Of a stretch of 64,000 bases of DNA, positions 44,219-58,628 are shown piece after piece. Where the stretch lies: assembly GCA_012295275.1 (NCBI GenBank), contig CM022672.1, positions 1,178,001 to 1,242,000 of the forward strand, given 5' to 3'. The DNA is from Chrysomallon squamiferum. Lineage: Eukaryota; Animalia; Mollusca. The number at the start of each line of letters is the position of its first letter. Positions within the stretch are counted from its first letter, which is position 1. The notes beneath the pieces were generated by a model. It saw only the letters and a list, made by a program, of their open reading frames with translations. It ran no database searches and was not told the DNA's origin. Made by a program: the position numbers and the translations under genes.

Positions 44219-44233
44219 GATGATAATAATAAT
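44107..44233. repeat. (AAC)/(AAT)/(GAT) microsatellite
   Basis: Seen directly. Confidence 0.93.
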
Positions 44234-44875
44234 AAAATTAAATTTTAAATAAAAAATGGTACAATATACAGATAAAAGAAGTATATAGATAAATAAACAG
44301 ACCCAGAGACAAACATGAAAAGATACTGAAAGATAAAAAATAAATAAAAATACAAAACAATACTTGACGACAGAAAACGAAAGGGATAGCGAGACAGAAA
44401 GAAACTTAGCTGACAACTGTAGATTACCTCACTGGCCTTCTTGTCTGGCTTTCTGTCATCGATACTTAAAAAGCTTTCCGCGTATTTGTGCCATCATAAT
44501 TAAACTGCCGGTATTAAACTGCGGCTGCAAATTCTGAAAATGCTAGTGAAGTGTTTTTAATATGTAATAATTAATCATGAATGACAGAGATAAAATTCGC
44601 TCAAATAAATTTTGCGACAGAACGATCCATACATACGAATTCACTATAAAATGAAAAAGACTAGTGACAACAAAATAAATAAAAAAAAAAAAAAATGTTC
44701 GCTTACAATAACGCGTGAATATATCATATTAAATGTAGTTAAATTATATTTACACCAGTGACGCCATTGTTGCAGTCAAAATAAAGTGGTAAAAATACGA
44801 CCACTGTGATTAACGGCGTAGAGAAACAGAAATTGGTCATGCGCACTGAAACCTTATTTCTGGCAATTGTATGGA

Positions 44876-45119
44876 ACCGTCTGCGCGTTTTATATATTTG
44901 AAAGGGGTTATAGACGGTGTGACTATAAATAGCGCCCTAGTACAAAAGTATTTCAATATTTGTTGTACCTGGTCCACAATTCGTATTAGTTTCATTTATC
45001 AGTGTATGAATTTGCGAGAAAAAACAAATGCCTGCCAAGACGGAAATGCTTCCGCTATGAAACAAAGTCCCCGTCAAAGTTTGATTGATTTATGTAATAT
45101 TCATGGTTGAATCAATCAA
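44876..45119 (+). ncRNA. Structured RNA island
   Basis: ACCGTCTG 44876-83/TAGACGGT 44911-18 (G-U); GACGG/CCGTC; TTGATTGATTTA 45081-92/TGAATCAATCAA 45108-19 (12 bp, 1 G-U). Confidence 0.5.
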
Positions 45120-45803
45120 TACACATATTGATTAATGTTTATTTCTATAGCTAATGCTATATTTGGATAAATTTAATATATCGATGCATACGTTAAACTG
45201 AAAACGTTAGCAAAATACTTATTTTTTCAGTGTTTCTGTCGAAGCGTCTTTATCGAAGTTGTATGCTGTTTGTTCGAAATACACATTGATCTGTACGTAT
45301 TCAGTATAACAAACACTTATGTGAACCTTAGCCCATATACAAGCACATGTGAACACAGAAGGAAATATGCAAACATACATAAACACAGAAACACTGCGAT
45401 GCAGCTTGGAGCAAAACAGAAAAGCACAGCACCTATATTTATATTTGTATAAAACCTTTAAATACATAATGCAATAAAATATGAAGACATAATACATTCA
45501 TACACATATATAGATACATACATACACATATGTATATATATAGATACATACATATATACATACATACATACATTACGTAAAATTATATAAAACACTGGAT
45601 AGAATTTATGAGAAGTTGTACAGAAAAAGATTAAGAATGGAGTAGTTGTTCAAAATGTTTCTTATATCAAAGTCTCTATCTTGATCAGAAAAACTATAAC
45701 AAAATTATATATAATAGCATCAGCAAATTAGACAAAAAAGTAATTATATAACTAACAGAATGCGTATTTCTCTCTTTCGCTTTGTATATTCTGTATTTAC
45801 ATA

Positions 45804-45834
45804 CACACACACACACACACACACACATAATCTG

Positions 45835-45904
<70 letters not shown>
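45804..45904. repeat. (CA)n microsatellite
   Basis: Seen directly. Confidence 0.95.
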
Positions 45905-45912
<8 letters not shown>

Positions 45913-46600
45913 AACCAATAGTCTGAATATTATTTTAATTTGAACTTTCCTTATAAAATGTTGGTAATAACTGTAAAAGCAGTGCAATGTAAAGCAATAT
46001 CGATAGGTTCGTTGTAATATCAAATCATAAAATAATTATTAAATAATATCATACATGGCAAATGTTAATAAGCCTTCATTTACTTAACAATCTAAAAATA
46101 TAATTAATGTGAATTTAAAAAAAAGAAAACAAAAAACAAAGAGAGAGAGAATGATGGAGAAAGACAAAGAAAGACTGAGAGAAAGAAATAAAGAGCGAGA
46201 ATTACTGGTAGATGTTAATGTACGTGCTCTCTGCTGCAGATTCTCTGTGAGTAAGTGCGTGCTAATAAGAAAAAAGTTTATATTAAACAGAAGAAAACAG
46301 AAACAGGAAGTTTGCAGACTTTATTAAGTTTTGAGGAAATGTCACTTCTCTGGCTAACAGTTACAAAATTGTTTCTGTCATTTGTTTTTGCAGATACCCG
46401 TCTTCAGAATGTAATTATGTTTGCTGATTATGTCGAAAACAGTTCTGTTTTAATTCATTTTGTTTCCTTCATCCTTTTCCTTTTTCTTTTTTCTTCCACT
46501 TATTTCTTCATCATCATCATTTTCTTCTTAATCGTCTCATCGTTGTTGAAGCTGATAAAATTTCAAGTAATAACTATTACTTCTTTTAAAGTAACAACAA

Positions 46601-46632
<32 letters not shown>

Positions 46633-46700
46633 AAAGTGCACATAATAAGAATTTTTATTTATCATATGATTTTAGAATAAACAGAAACATATACTACATG

Positions 46701-46731
<31 letters not shown>

Positions 46732-47198
46732 TTACCTACGTACGTACGTACCTGTAAAATGTTTATGTCATTACGTGGGTAGATATTTAAACGAATATTT
46801 GTCTTTCTGTAATGAATTTCTTTTATCTTTCTAATACTGTCATCATGTTATTGAATGGGTATTATACTCATGTATACATAAAAGAGAATTATTTTCAGTA
46901 CATTTACTTATATCATTAAAAAAAAAAAAAAAAAAAAGAAAACCAGCAAAGAACGTTGTCTTAAATTTATGTCCTTAAAATCGATATGCGTTTATTAATT
47001 TGCTGTACTCGTTTCAAGACGGTGATAAAAAAAAAATTGATATATTGTCAAAACTTCAGCGATACGTCTTATTTTTATGAAATAAAATCTTGGTGTAAAA
47101 GAAGAACAGCAAAAAAATAGAATGAAAGAAAATATGGTTTATTGGTATATTTATGTTTGTGAATGTGTGTCCATGCTTTAGATAAAAGAGAATTTGTA

Positions 47199-47225
47199 TT
47201 ATATATATATATATATATATATATC

Positions 47226-47290
<65 letters not shown>
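47199..47290. repeat. (TA)n-(AG)n compound microsatellite
   Basis: Seen directly. Confidence 0.95.
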
Positions 47291-47295
<5 letters not shown>

Positions 47296-50165
47296 GGATT
47301 CTAACGTAACAGTCACAGTACGTTGCAGTCAAGTGACGTTTGTGTACTGAGCCGTGGATTTGAGACATTTCCGGAACACGATTACAGTTCTCTAATTCTG
47401 CTGGTAAGACATTTGGGCCAGAGCCGATTACTGTAGATGTTTTATAAATTACTTTTTAACAGCTCGTTCGACCGCGTTGGCAAACTAATTACGTTTATAA
47501 ACGTGTTAATGTAATTAACGTCCCTTCTTGACATTCACTTGTGTATTTTCCTCCCTAAAAAAACAGAGCATCGTGTTTACACAAACGAAAATTAATACTG
47601 ATAGAAAACAAACCTTAAATCTGAAGATGTTTCTCGCTAGACCATAATTTTTCTTCTCTTTCTCTCTTACCTCTTCTTTTCTTCTTCTTCTTCTTCTTCT
47701 TCTTATTTTTTTTTTGGCAGCATAATGGCAATACATAAATCTAAAAATTGATCACCGGCTGATTGATAGAGGCTGCTTAAAAAGCTCTTTGTGCGTGTGT
47801 TTATATTTGTATGCAAAAAAAGCAATCAATCATTACTTCCCAAATCCCCGCGTCCCTGGCCGAGAAAAATAAGACTGTTATAAGGTGTATTATTAATTTT
47901 TTGCAACGTCATCCCAGGAGATGAAAGTCCACAAACAGAGCAACAATTTGCAGTAGGGTAATTATTTCTAAATCTATACGTAGCTCAGCAATAACGTCGT
48001 AATGCGAGGAGTCTGGAACAGCCGGAGCATTCGCCAGACGAAACACGATCGTGCACTGGGTAGAACAAAGTCAAGACGCCGAAACTGTTGCGGTGCTATT
48101 ATTATACAGACTATTATGACATTATGTCACATTAGGCACAACTTATTTATATACATTACACTCCTTCGAGCTTCAGTGGCGACATAGCTTTGGGCCTTAA
48201 ACTGTGTAATAATTTCTTTTCATTCCGTTAATATACGTGCACGTTTTCGTGTATGTTATCCAAAGTAAATGAGATCAGTGACTTTAAAACATGATTCTGG
48301 GTACACATATGGTCACATCTTCTAGCTTTTGGTTAGTATCATAATGTCTTCGAAGGAAATTTATTCATATACTGAACGATAAACAAGCGAAGTCTACTCG
48401 GAGGCTTGAAAACAAAATTCTAGTTCAAACATCCCGCATGTATATATATATATATATCTTCTAACTTCAGTCGCTGTCATAATTTGTTTGTGCGAATTTT
48501 ATTCTTATAATTTTCAAGTACGTGCTATTGTTCATTATGCAAAGATAGTTAATCGATAACTCAGAAACACAGTTTTGGGTTGTATACTGTAACAGCGTTC
48601 GTCTAGATGATAGTTAGTAGTGTGTTTGCCAGCAAGGTGGGTAGAGAAGTCATCAGTTCCGTTCAGTTTATTTTCCAATCCTGTTAAATTAAGCAAACAA
48701 AGCACCAGATAAAACCGATGGAACGAAAAGCCACATAGGAAGCTAGAAATAATATTAAGTTAGCGAGTTAATAGGAATTACTGAATGTGTTGTCGTAATT
48801 ATGAGGCGTCTGCACTCGAATGAGATAAGAATCCATACGGACCTTACGCCGTAGTTTTAGCATTATATAACATGGAACATACAGCATAATCACCGTATGT
48901 ATTGTTTTTCTTGTATTTCTTTTTTCTTCTGTTTCTTTTCATATTTTCATTACTTGTAGGAAAAAATAGGTTTGGATTCCCAGTGAGAAGAAAAGTTTTA
49001 TCATTATATAACATGGACCGTTTAAGAAATTTAAATTTTTTCCTTTAACAAATGTGTTATTTTATTGTATATTACCTTAGTTATATGTAACATGCTAGAA
49101 ATACATGCTAAGAAAAGGAATCATTTTAACTAATTATAACCTAAAGTCTAACTAAATAACAAAGTTCATATATTATCATTTTATATTTACATACATTTTA
49201 ATGATTAACTAGGATGTCAGTAGAGACGCCAACGTTCATAAGACTGTATAAACACACACATCTGTGCCTTCTCCTCTTTCTTTTTATCTTTAAAATTTTA
49301 TTTGTATGTTTTTCTTTGAAAAGTACTTGAAAGTGAAATACAAATATCAGAAGGTTATTAATAATAAAGCCAAAACACGTGTTTAAGTTTTGAGAATTAC
49401 CTACATTCGCCTTGCAAAATTAACCTTGCTTTTTGTACACCGGTTCTTCACCAGTCTTTTTTTTTTTTGTCGACATCACTTTGAAAAGCCGTACATTCTA
49501 TCAGCAGCCAGACAGAAGTTCAATTACCGAGCCAGTGATCAAACCCTTAGAGTTACACAGCCAGCGGGCATCATGCCTTATTATCAACAGGCTTTTGTTG
49601 ACTAGTCATTCATCAACAAAATGAAGGGGCAAAAACATAAAGGAAGAGAGAATCATCACAGGACCATTGTATCTACGTCCCTTTAAGACATTTTTTTTTT
49701 TTTTTTTTTTTTTTTTTAATGTGGATCTGACGATGTGCTTTTTTTAATTTTAATAAATGTAATACGTAATAGGGTCGACCGATGTTAGGAACACAGTTTA
49801 GTATACAAGTTTATATCAAGGTTCTTATTCTCATTTACAACTTTATCAACGTATCTGTCATGAGATATCCTGCATATCTAGCTTGATTTGATTTTGTCTT
49901 GCTTATATGGCGTTCTGTCTGTAATGATTATATAACTAAATAATTATACATACATACATACAAACATATATATATATATATATACACACACATACACACA
50001 CAAACACACACAAACAGACAGACAGACACACACACACAGGTATTCATTTTAAACGATTACCTTTTAAAATTTAAACAGTCATGATTATAATTTATCGCTT
50101 AGTGTTTATGCTCCTTTAGATTGAAAGTGACAGCGTCCTAACCACTTTAATTTCATTCATTTCAG

Positions 50166-50197
50166 GACTAAAAGCGACTGCCACGCGGAGACTGGAG
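50166..50197 (+). other. Candidate 32-nt internal microexon GACTAAAAGCGACTGCCACGCGGAGACTGGAG (open frames LKATATRRLE or TKSDCHAETG)
   Basis: Branch-like CCTAAC 50137-42, T-rich tract, TTTCAG acceptor ending at 50165, consensus donor GAG|GTAAGT at 50197|50198. The exon body is GC-rich in an AT-rich context. Confidence 0.55.
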
Positions 50198-51054
50198 GTA
50201 AGTGATTTTAAATGCATTTATCGCATCGAACTAAACTTGCATGCAAGGTTACGCGAAGGTAGTCTGATACGTATCTACTTTACTAGTTTTCTATATTTTC
50301 TTATTTTTAAATGTCTGTCATGCACAGTGGAAAGAGTGTAATACTATACATATGATACAGGTGAATACAAGTACAAGCGAGATGATTTTGTTGAAAATAT
50401 GTATCTTAATGATGAAGGCCAAACACGACATATAGAGATGTTAAAAATTTTAAAGAAAATTATATCAAATTAATTTAATAATTGGGTAACTTTATTTCGA
50501 TATGACAAACGATCGCTTTAAATATGTGTGAATCCAGTAAGACATCTTTTAGTGTTCGTACACACGTTCGCGTTATCTCTCGTAAATTGGAAATACAATA
50601 AAAGTTTTTTTCTATAAATGTACCTTCAAAAATCATCGTGTTTAAACCTCAGATGTTAACATATATTATTATTATTATTTTATTATTATTATTATTATTA
50701 TTATTAAAAGTGAAAGCTAATAACAAAAGCAGTTGATTTCCGCCTTTTAAGTAAAAATGCTGAATTTATTTTAGTTGATTTGAGATGTGATTGGTTCACA
50801 CATTAAGACAACGCAGTATTCTGTTTTGACGTGCGTGGAAGATATTCAAGTTAATCCACTGAGTATCTCTCCTGCGTTAAGCCGGTAGCTAAGTGAAGTA
50901 AACTGGATAATGAAAAACAGAGTGTGACAATAGCGCAGAAAAGATTTATCAGTCACCTTACTGATAGGTTTAATTTACAAACATGGCCATGTTTTTATCT
51001 CAGGCATTGACCAAATTCACATACAGACATGTACGTACACAGACACTGGAATGT

Positions 51055-51075
51055 TTGTGTGTGTGTGTGTATGTA

Positions 51076-51110
<35 letters not shown>

Positions 51111-51210
51111 ATGTCCGTGTTTCTGTGTGAATGTGTGTTTTATGTTTATCAACTGTTTGAATGTGTGTGTGTTAGTGTGTATGTGCGTGTGTGAGTGTGT
51201 GTGTGTGTGT
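51055..51210. repeat. Degenerate (TG)n microsatellite
   Basis: Seen directly. Confidence 0.9.
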
Positions 51211-51701
51211 AAACGCATACATGCAAAGTCATAATAAATAAAAATCTAATTATTAATGATAATTAAGCGTATATATTGGCTTTCATATTATTTAGTGTGT
51301 TTCAAAAGCCTTAAAATATATTGATAAGAATACAGAATCTAAATATTCTCAGTACGGAATATGACGAAACATCACGAACGTGCCGCCGATATTCGTTTAT
51401 TGTTATGACGTCATTAATGGTCGTAACGCTTTAGATACCAACGTTATGGCTTGTTTGTTTTCTGACTGGATTTACTGGCTGAATGTTGAATACGTTAGAA
51501 GGTAAGATTTCATTTGTTAAATTAATGACAGATTTCTCCATATATATATCTATATCAGTGTCGTCAGTTTTAACATTGTTCACTTTAACAAAAACAAGCG
51601 TATATGATGCTTACCATTTCTTAAAAACAATTATGAAATATCGTCGAAACATTTTGTTACTGCAGCAGTGAAATAGTGTACACAGCTCTGAAGCTGAAAT
51701 G

Positions 51702-51750
51702 AAACTGATACAGGTAAACTGATACAGGTAAACTGATACAGGTAAACTGA
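51702..51750. repeat. 14-bp tandem repeat AAACTGATACAGGT x3.5
   Basis: Seen directly; perfect copies. Confidence 0.92.
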
Positions 51751-53014
51751 ATTTCGGCATCTTATGGTTCGGCGCCTCCTTTAGTCTGGACAAAATTACG
51801 TGAGGGAATTTGAAATTCCCGCGTCCCCGGACTAGTTTACTGGACAGCCACAGATTACGTTGTGTTTAGAGCGCGTTTATTTACATTCTATACACTGCAG
51901 TGATACCGCAATTCCGTCAGATTCTTAGCTTATTTGGCTTGAATTTAACCCTAGCTGTGGCTTCTAAGACAGACGAGAGTGTCAGTCGTGGTGTCAAATG
52001 TAAACACGAGTCGTCATCGATCCAAGATCAAGTAGAACTGGAGCAAAAAAAAAAAAAAAAGGACCTTGATGTTTCGGCGCGTAAGTTGTGTGATAGATGT
52101 ATTTCCTTTATTTAATTAATTTACATTTATAGCAGTTAATGGTGGTATGCTTTAGACAGATGAGAGTTGTATATTTGGTGGGTTAGAGGTGTGTAGATGA
52201 ATTATTATTACGTGACCACGGTTGGTCTGGCAAAATGGTTAACCTGGCAAGGATTTGGAACCAAGAGTGCCGGAAAATCAGCGGTGTACCTGTCTATGTC
52301 CTCAGATTTTAAACGTGGAACAAAGCTTTATGACTTTCATTTTTAGTCACATATTAAACTGCCATGGACAGATAACTCTGACTTGTACGTTGTCAAAACA
52401 GACATACATGAACAGTGAGTAGAAATGATCGTCTTTATAATGTGAACCAGGAATAACTGTATGGAACTTTTAGGTAGGCGAAATCTCTTTTTTGAGACAA
52501 TAGAAATTTGATTGTATAGCCAAATAATTTAGAAACCTTTCCAAATGAACGAATGAATCAATGAAAGAAAGAAAGAAAGAAAGAAAGAAAGAATAAATGT
52601 GTTAATGTCAAAAATATTTTTTGTAGGACCTAAAAAAAAAAAGATAAAAAAAAAAGGAAGAAAGAAAGAAATATAGGAAAAAATAGAAACATAAAGTGAA
52701 AACGTGAAAGGTTTAAATAAAGAAACGTTATAAACCAAGTAAAAAGAACGCATGAGCGAGAAGAAATAATTTTTGAAAAATAACGAAGAATAAACAACAA
52801 GCAAGATACAAAGATAAAACAGATAAAAGACAATTAGAGAACAAAAATGTGCGAAAGAGAAAAAAAACAAGATAAATAGAAATAAATATATGAAATAAAA
52901 TAAGGAGAATAAAATAAAAGAATTAATTAAGAAATTCAGAAACAGAAAATATACGAATGAGATAAAAAATAAAGATACATATATTTTCAACAAAAACAAA
53001 TAAAAAAACAGAAG

Positions 53015-53068
<54 letters not shown>

Positions 53069-54543
53069 TTAACAGAAAATAATTAAGTTTAGACATGATT
53101 TCATTAACAGCAGAATTTCACGTACAAAACAATAACGAGCGACGGTGAACCTGGTTTATGTAAACAGCGTGTCCTTATAAAATGTCAGTTCATATTTTTC
53201 TATGGTTTAATTTGTACCTCCTGACCAACATGAACCCTCTTGTACCTATATTATAGATTAGGAAGGTAAAGTTTATTTATACTATATAGTAATTAAATGA
53301 CTCTCAAAACATACAATGTCAGGTTTGAATAAAAACATTACTGCTAGCAATAAAAGCTTTAAATTAATTTGTAGAAATGATTTGAAGTGTTAACCTCTTT
53401 TCCAAAAAAATACAAAAACACATACCTACCAGTATACAGCCACATGTCAGTTAGTGTAAGTTCACATCGCCACTTTTTGTTCAGTATTTTTCTATAGCTA
53501 CGTTTGTTCTCTGTTCTTTTAATAAATAAATGTGATACTAATTTTTTTATAGACAATTTTGTTCTGTATTTTGAAAACTTACACCAAAAGTGCAAGAGTG
53601 AAAATCGTAACAATATAGTGTTGCACAATTAAAATAATATCTCTTGATGTATATATATATATACATACACACACACATACATACATACATAAATACTCAC
53701 CTACAGACACACAGACAGACACACAGACAAGCATAATCATAAAGATATTTAAATCTGACTGGATGTGTTTCGTTGTGTGTGTGTATATGTGCGTATGTAC
53801 ACACACATATGTCTGTGTATCTGTAGGTAGGTAGGTATGTGTGTGTGTATATATATATATGTATATGTATATATGTATGTATATTTGTATATTTATGTAT
53901 GTTAGTATGTATGTATCTGTGGAAAGAGACAGAAAGAGAATAGAGGAATGAATCAATACAAATTAATAACGAATACTACAAAATTATTGAAGAATTTACT
54001 AACTTGAACAACTTTAAAAAAAAGCAGAAAAACACATTTATTGTAAATGGCATTTCATAATATAATTATAAAATAAATAAAGCAAACATAAAATAAACAC
54101 GTGCTAATTTAAAATAATAGATTAAGTACGAAAAATTAATTTAAACTCAAGCACACTAGTGTATGTTGAGGTTAAATCAATATTTTTCTTTTTATTAACA
54201 TTAAAATTCCCTTCTTCAAGCATCATCTGATCTTAATGCATCGATGACGTTTTCTTTCATTAAGCTGGAAATGAAAAAATATACAAATTATAAGTATTAA
54301 AAATTCGATGAAAATATATGAAAAAATATGATCATAAAAAATCATTTGAAATTTCATTTTTTTTCAGACTTCATATACTTAAGATGACTTTTTTTCTTTC
54401 TTTTTTTTTTTTTTTTAAATTTTATATTTTTGTATATTTTTTTTTATCTTTATGTACGTCGTTACGGCAGATTTTTTATAGTATCAGTTTATCAGTTACA
54501 CTGATATGTCAGCCATCTAACCGATCGAAAATGCAAGTACATA

Positions 54544-54712
<169 letters not shown>

Positions 54713-56102
54713 CAAAAAAAAACACCGAAGCATGATATGAATAATAAAAAAGTAATATTATGAATTTCTTTAGCCACTACCGCACTATTATCGCCCCCAT
54801 TGTCACTGGGTTTAATTTCTGTATTTGGTTTAAAAGTCAATGTCCCCGCGCAGAGATAGAATTCCCAGACGTCAGTTTTAGTTCTCAGTAGAATTCTTTA
54901 TCGGTTAGTGACCACGGATAAATATTGGAAATATTAAAATCCATTCATGCATATGAAAATAATTTCTGTTTGTGTAGCATTAATAGATTTTTTTTTTTGT
55001 ATCTCTTTGTGTGTTTTTGACTAATTGAAAAAAATCTCTTTAGATATAAGATTTAGCTTCAAATTTACTCTAATTTTAAGGTCTTGACTCTCGAAAGGCA
55101 GTGGAAATATGGATGGAAAGTTGACTTTATCTTTGAATGCTCTAATTAAAAGGTGAATTAGAAAAAAACAAAACTAATATAAGATAGAAATGTTAAACTT
55201 TGACGTAAATAAAAAGAAACAGTTATAAATACTATATAAATATTCATCTTAGAGATAATAAATATTAATTATCATTATGTTTTGCTAATTGGTATTTTCT
55301 TACATGAACATCGAGTTCTAGTTGATACATTTTGTTCAGTGTTTCGTTTTGGGGATTTCTCAGAATACAGAATATATTTCAGAACGTCCGAATCTTTTCT
55401 GTTGTTCGAATTGTGATTTCTTTTCTTTCTTTCCTTTTTTTTTTTTTTTTTTCTTTGTTTGATTTTAATTTCTACACTTCTATATTCCTGCTGATTCTAG
55501 TATTTTATATAAAAAAATTGTATTAATTTGAAATTATTCTCTCGAATTCGGCTGAATTACTTTTGCTGGTCAGTTTCTTCTTGGATATTTTCTGCTGTGC
55601 AGTCTTTATCGATCAGTTTCAGAACATCATTGCAAAGAAAACGAATTAGTTAGCTGTGCTGTTGCCGTTGATCCAATTTTATATGAACATTTTATTACGT
55701 TATTACTTGTTGGAGCCCGGATAAAATGTGGATTTGTCATTTCAAATAATATTCCTGGTTAAGTACTGCTTTTTAATAACTAACACACTGAATTTGATTT
55801 TGCATTCGCTTCCTAAATCTCTGCAAATGAATGCGACTTATTTTTTTTTTTGAATCAGAACTGTAATAAATATTTTATGTTTCTGTTTGTAGAATCCGTA
55901 CTAGTTTTTTTGTTTGTTTTTTTTCCCCAGTAATATTGTTGGAAATTCATGTTTGTAATTTAATATTTTATGGAGTAAAAGATTTAGTGAATAAAGCTTG
56001 AAAATGTTGTCTCATAAACACACCATGTGGAAATGACGAACACAGTATCGAGCGAACACTGGAAACAGACCCAGAAAGAAAGACACACACAGAGATATAC
56101 AG

Positions 56103-56950
<848 letters not shown>

Positions 56951-57493
56951 AGACAGAAACAATTATCAAAGCAATGTTATCAAATTTCTGTTACACGTCA
57001 GGACTTGAAATACGTTTTACCACCAGTGGATGCTGATTACTTATTTATTTATTTATTTATTTAATCCCAGGCCTTTTATACTGGAACAACAGATGTATTA
57101 ATAACACGACAAAATAAAATAAATTGAAAATATTTACCAGAAAACGCCTGTACTTAATCAATAGCCGCGGAACAATATTGGCAAACTAATGAAATAATGC
57201 GTTATTTAGCTGAACCAATGCGGCGTTGAATTTTAATTTCCGGAATCCCAAATGTTGCATAAATTTGTCTGTGACGGTCACAGGGCTTCTTTTATACGCG
57301 TTAGAGGTCAGTCTGGACTTGACCCCAACCCAGACGTCTTTAAACGTAATGCCGAGGCCGTCTGTGCTAATATTTCAAATTATCCTCAAGTTTTCCAAAG
57401 CAGCATAAAAAAGGTAAAAAAAATAAAAAAAAAAAAAAAATTTAAACTCTTCATAATAATATTATTAACAACAACAACAACAACAATGACGAG

Positions 57494-57529
<36 letters not shown>

Positions 57530-58628
57530 AATAAATAAATAAAAATAATAAAAAAAAAAAAAATAATAAAAAAAAAAAAAATAAATCATGAAAAAGTACC
57601 AGAGGTCTTATAACAGGAATCAAAACGCTTTAACAAAAAATAATTATACCAATTTGTATCAATTCCTTTTCCATATTCAATCATTTTCTTAAAACGTCAG
57701 AGAGAGAGAGAGAGAAAAAAAAAAAAAAAAAAAAAACGAAATTAAAAAAAAATCTGATCGACTAAGGGAGACAACTCGAAGCGATATTAGCCAGTTTTGC
57801 GGGAATATGGATACGGCAGTTTAGAAAAATACGGACAATTGACCCGTCGTTTGGGTGAATTGTGACCTCAGTCTCACATTCCAAGTCGAGCTGGCAGGCT
57901 CCAGGCTAATGGCAACTACTTAAAACGCGATACTCTCGGAAAGGGAAATATCGACGATGTAACCATTTTCCAGCAACATCCCAGAACCACTTAGAACATC
58001 CTTACTTCCGGAATAAGGAAATCGTATCTCTGTTGAAAGAGCGCGCGCATACATGAATACAGAACAGTGGTAAATAATCAGATGTCGGCACTTGGTTATT
58101 AAAAAGAAATAGAGAATAAAAAGTTATGAATATATAAATTATTAATGAATGATGGAATGTGTGAATAAATAAATAAATAAATAAATAAATATTTGTTATG
58201 TTTATATATATATATATATATATAAATCTATGTATCTATGTATGTATATGATCTGTATGAATATGCGTGTGTATGTATGTATGTGTATGTATACAGATGC
58301 GTGTTTTAGTGTATTTATGTGTACGCATGCACTCTTGCATGCATTTGTGTATGTTGATATCTTTGAACATGTACGTATGTAGGTAACCATGCATAAGTGC
58401 GTTTGCAATGTACATAAAACAGTTTAAACAAATTGTTTGTGAATATGTATGAAATGAAATCACACATGTCACTAATAAAGTATACAGTAATTAACATGAA
58501 ACAAATTGTTCGAGAGTGCGAAGATATCATAACGAAACCTCAGAAAGAAAGAGAAAAAAAAAATAAATAAAGAAAAAAAAGCCACTAAATAACCTTTAAT
58601 GTTTCGTAATAGATGTGTTCCGTCAGTC

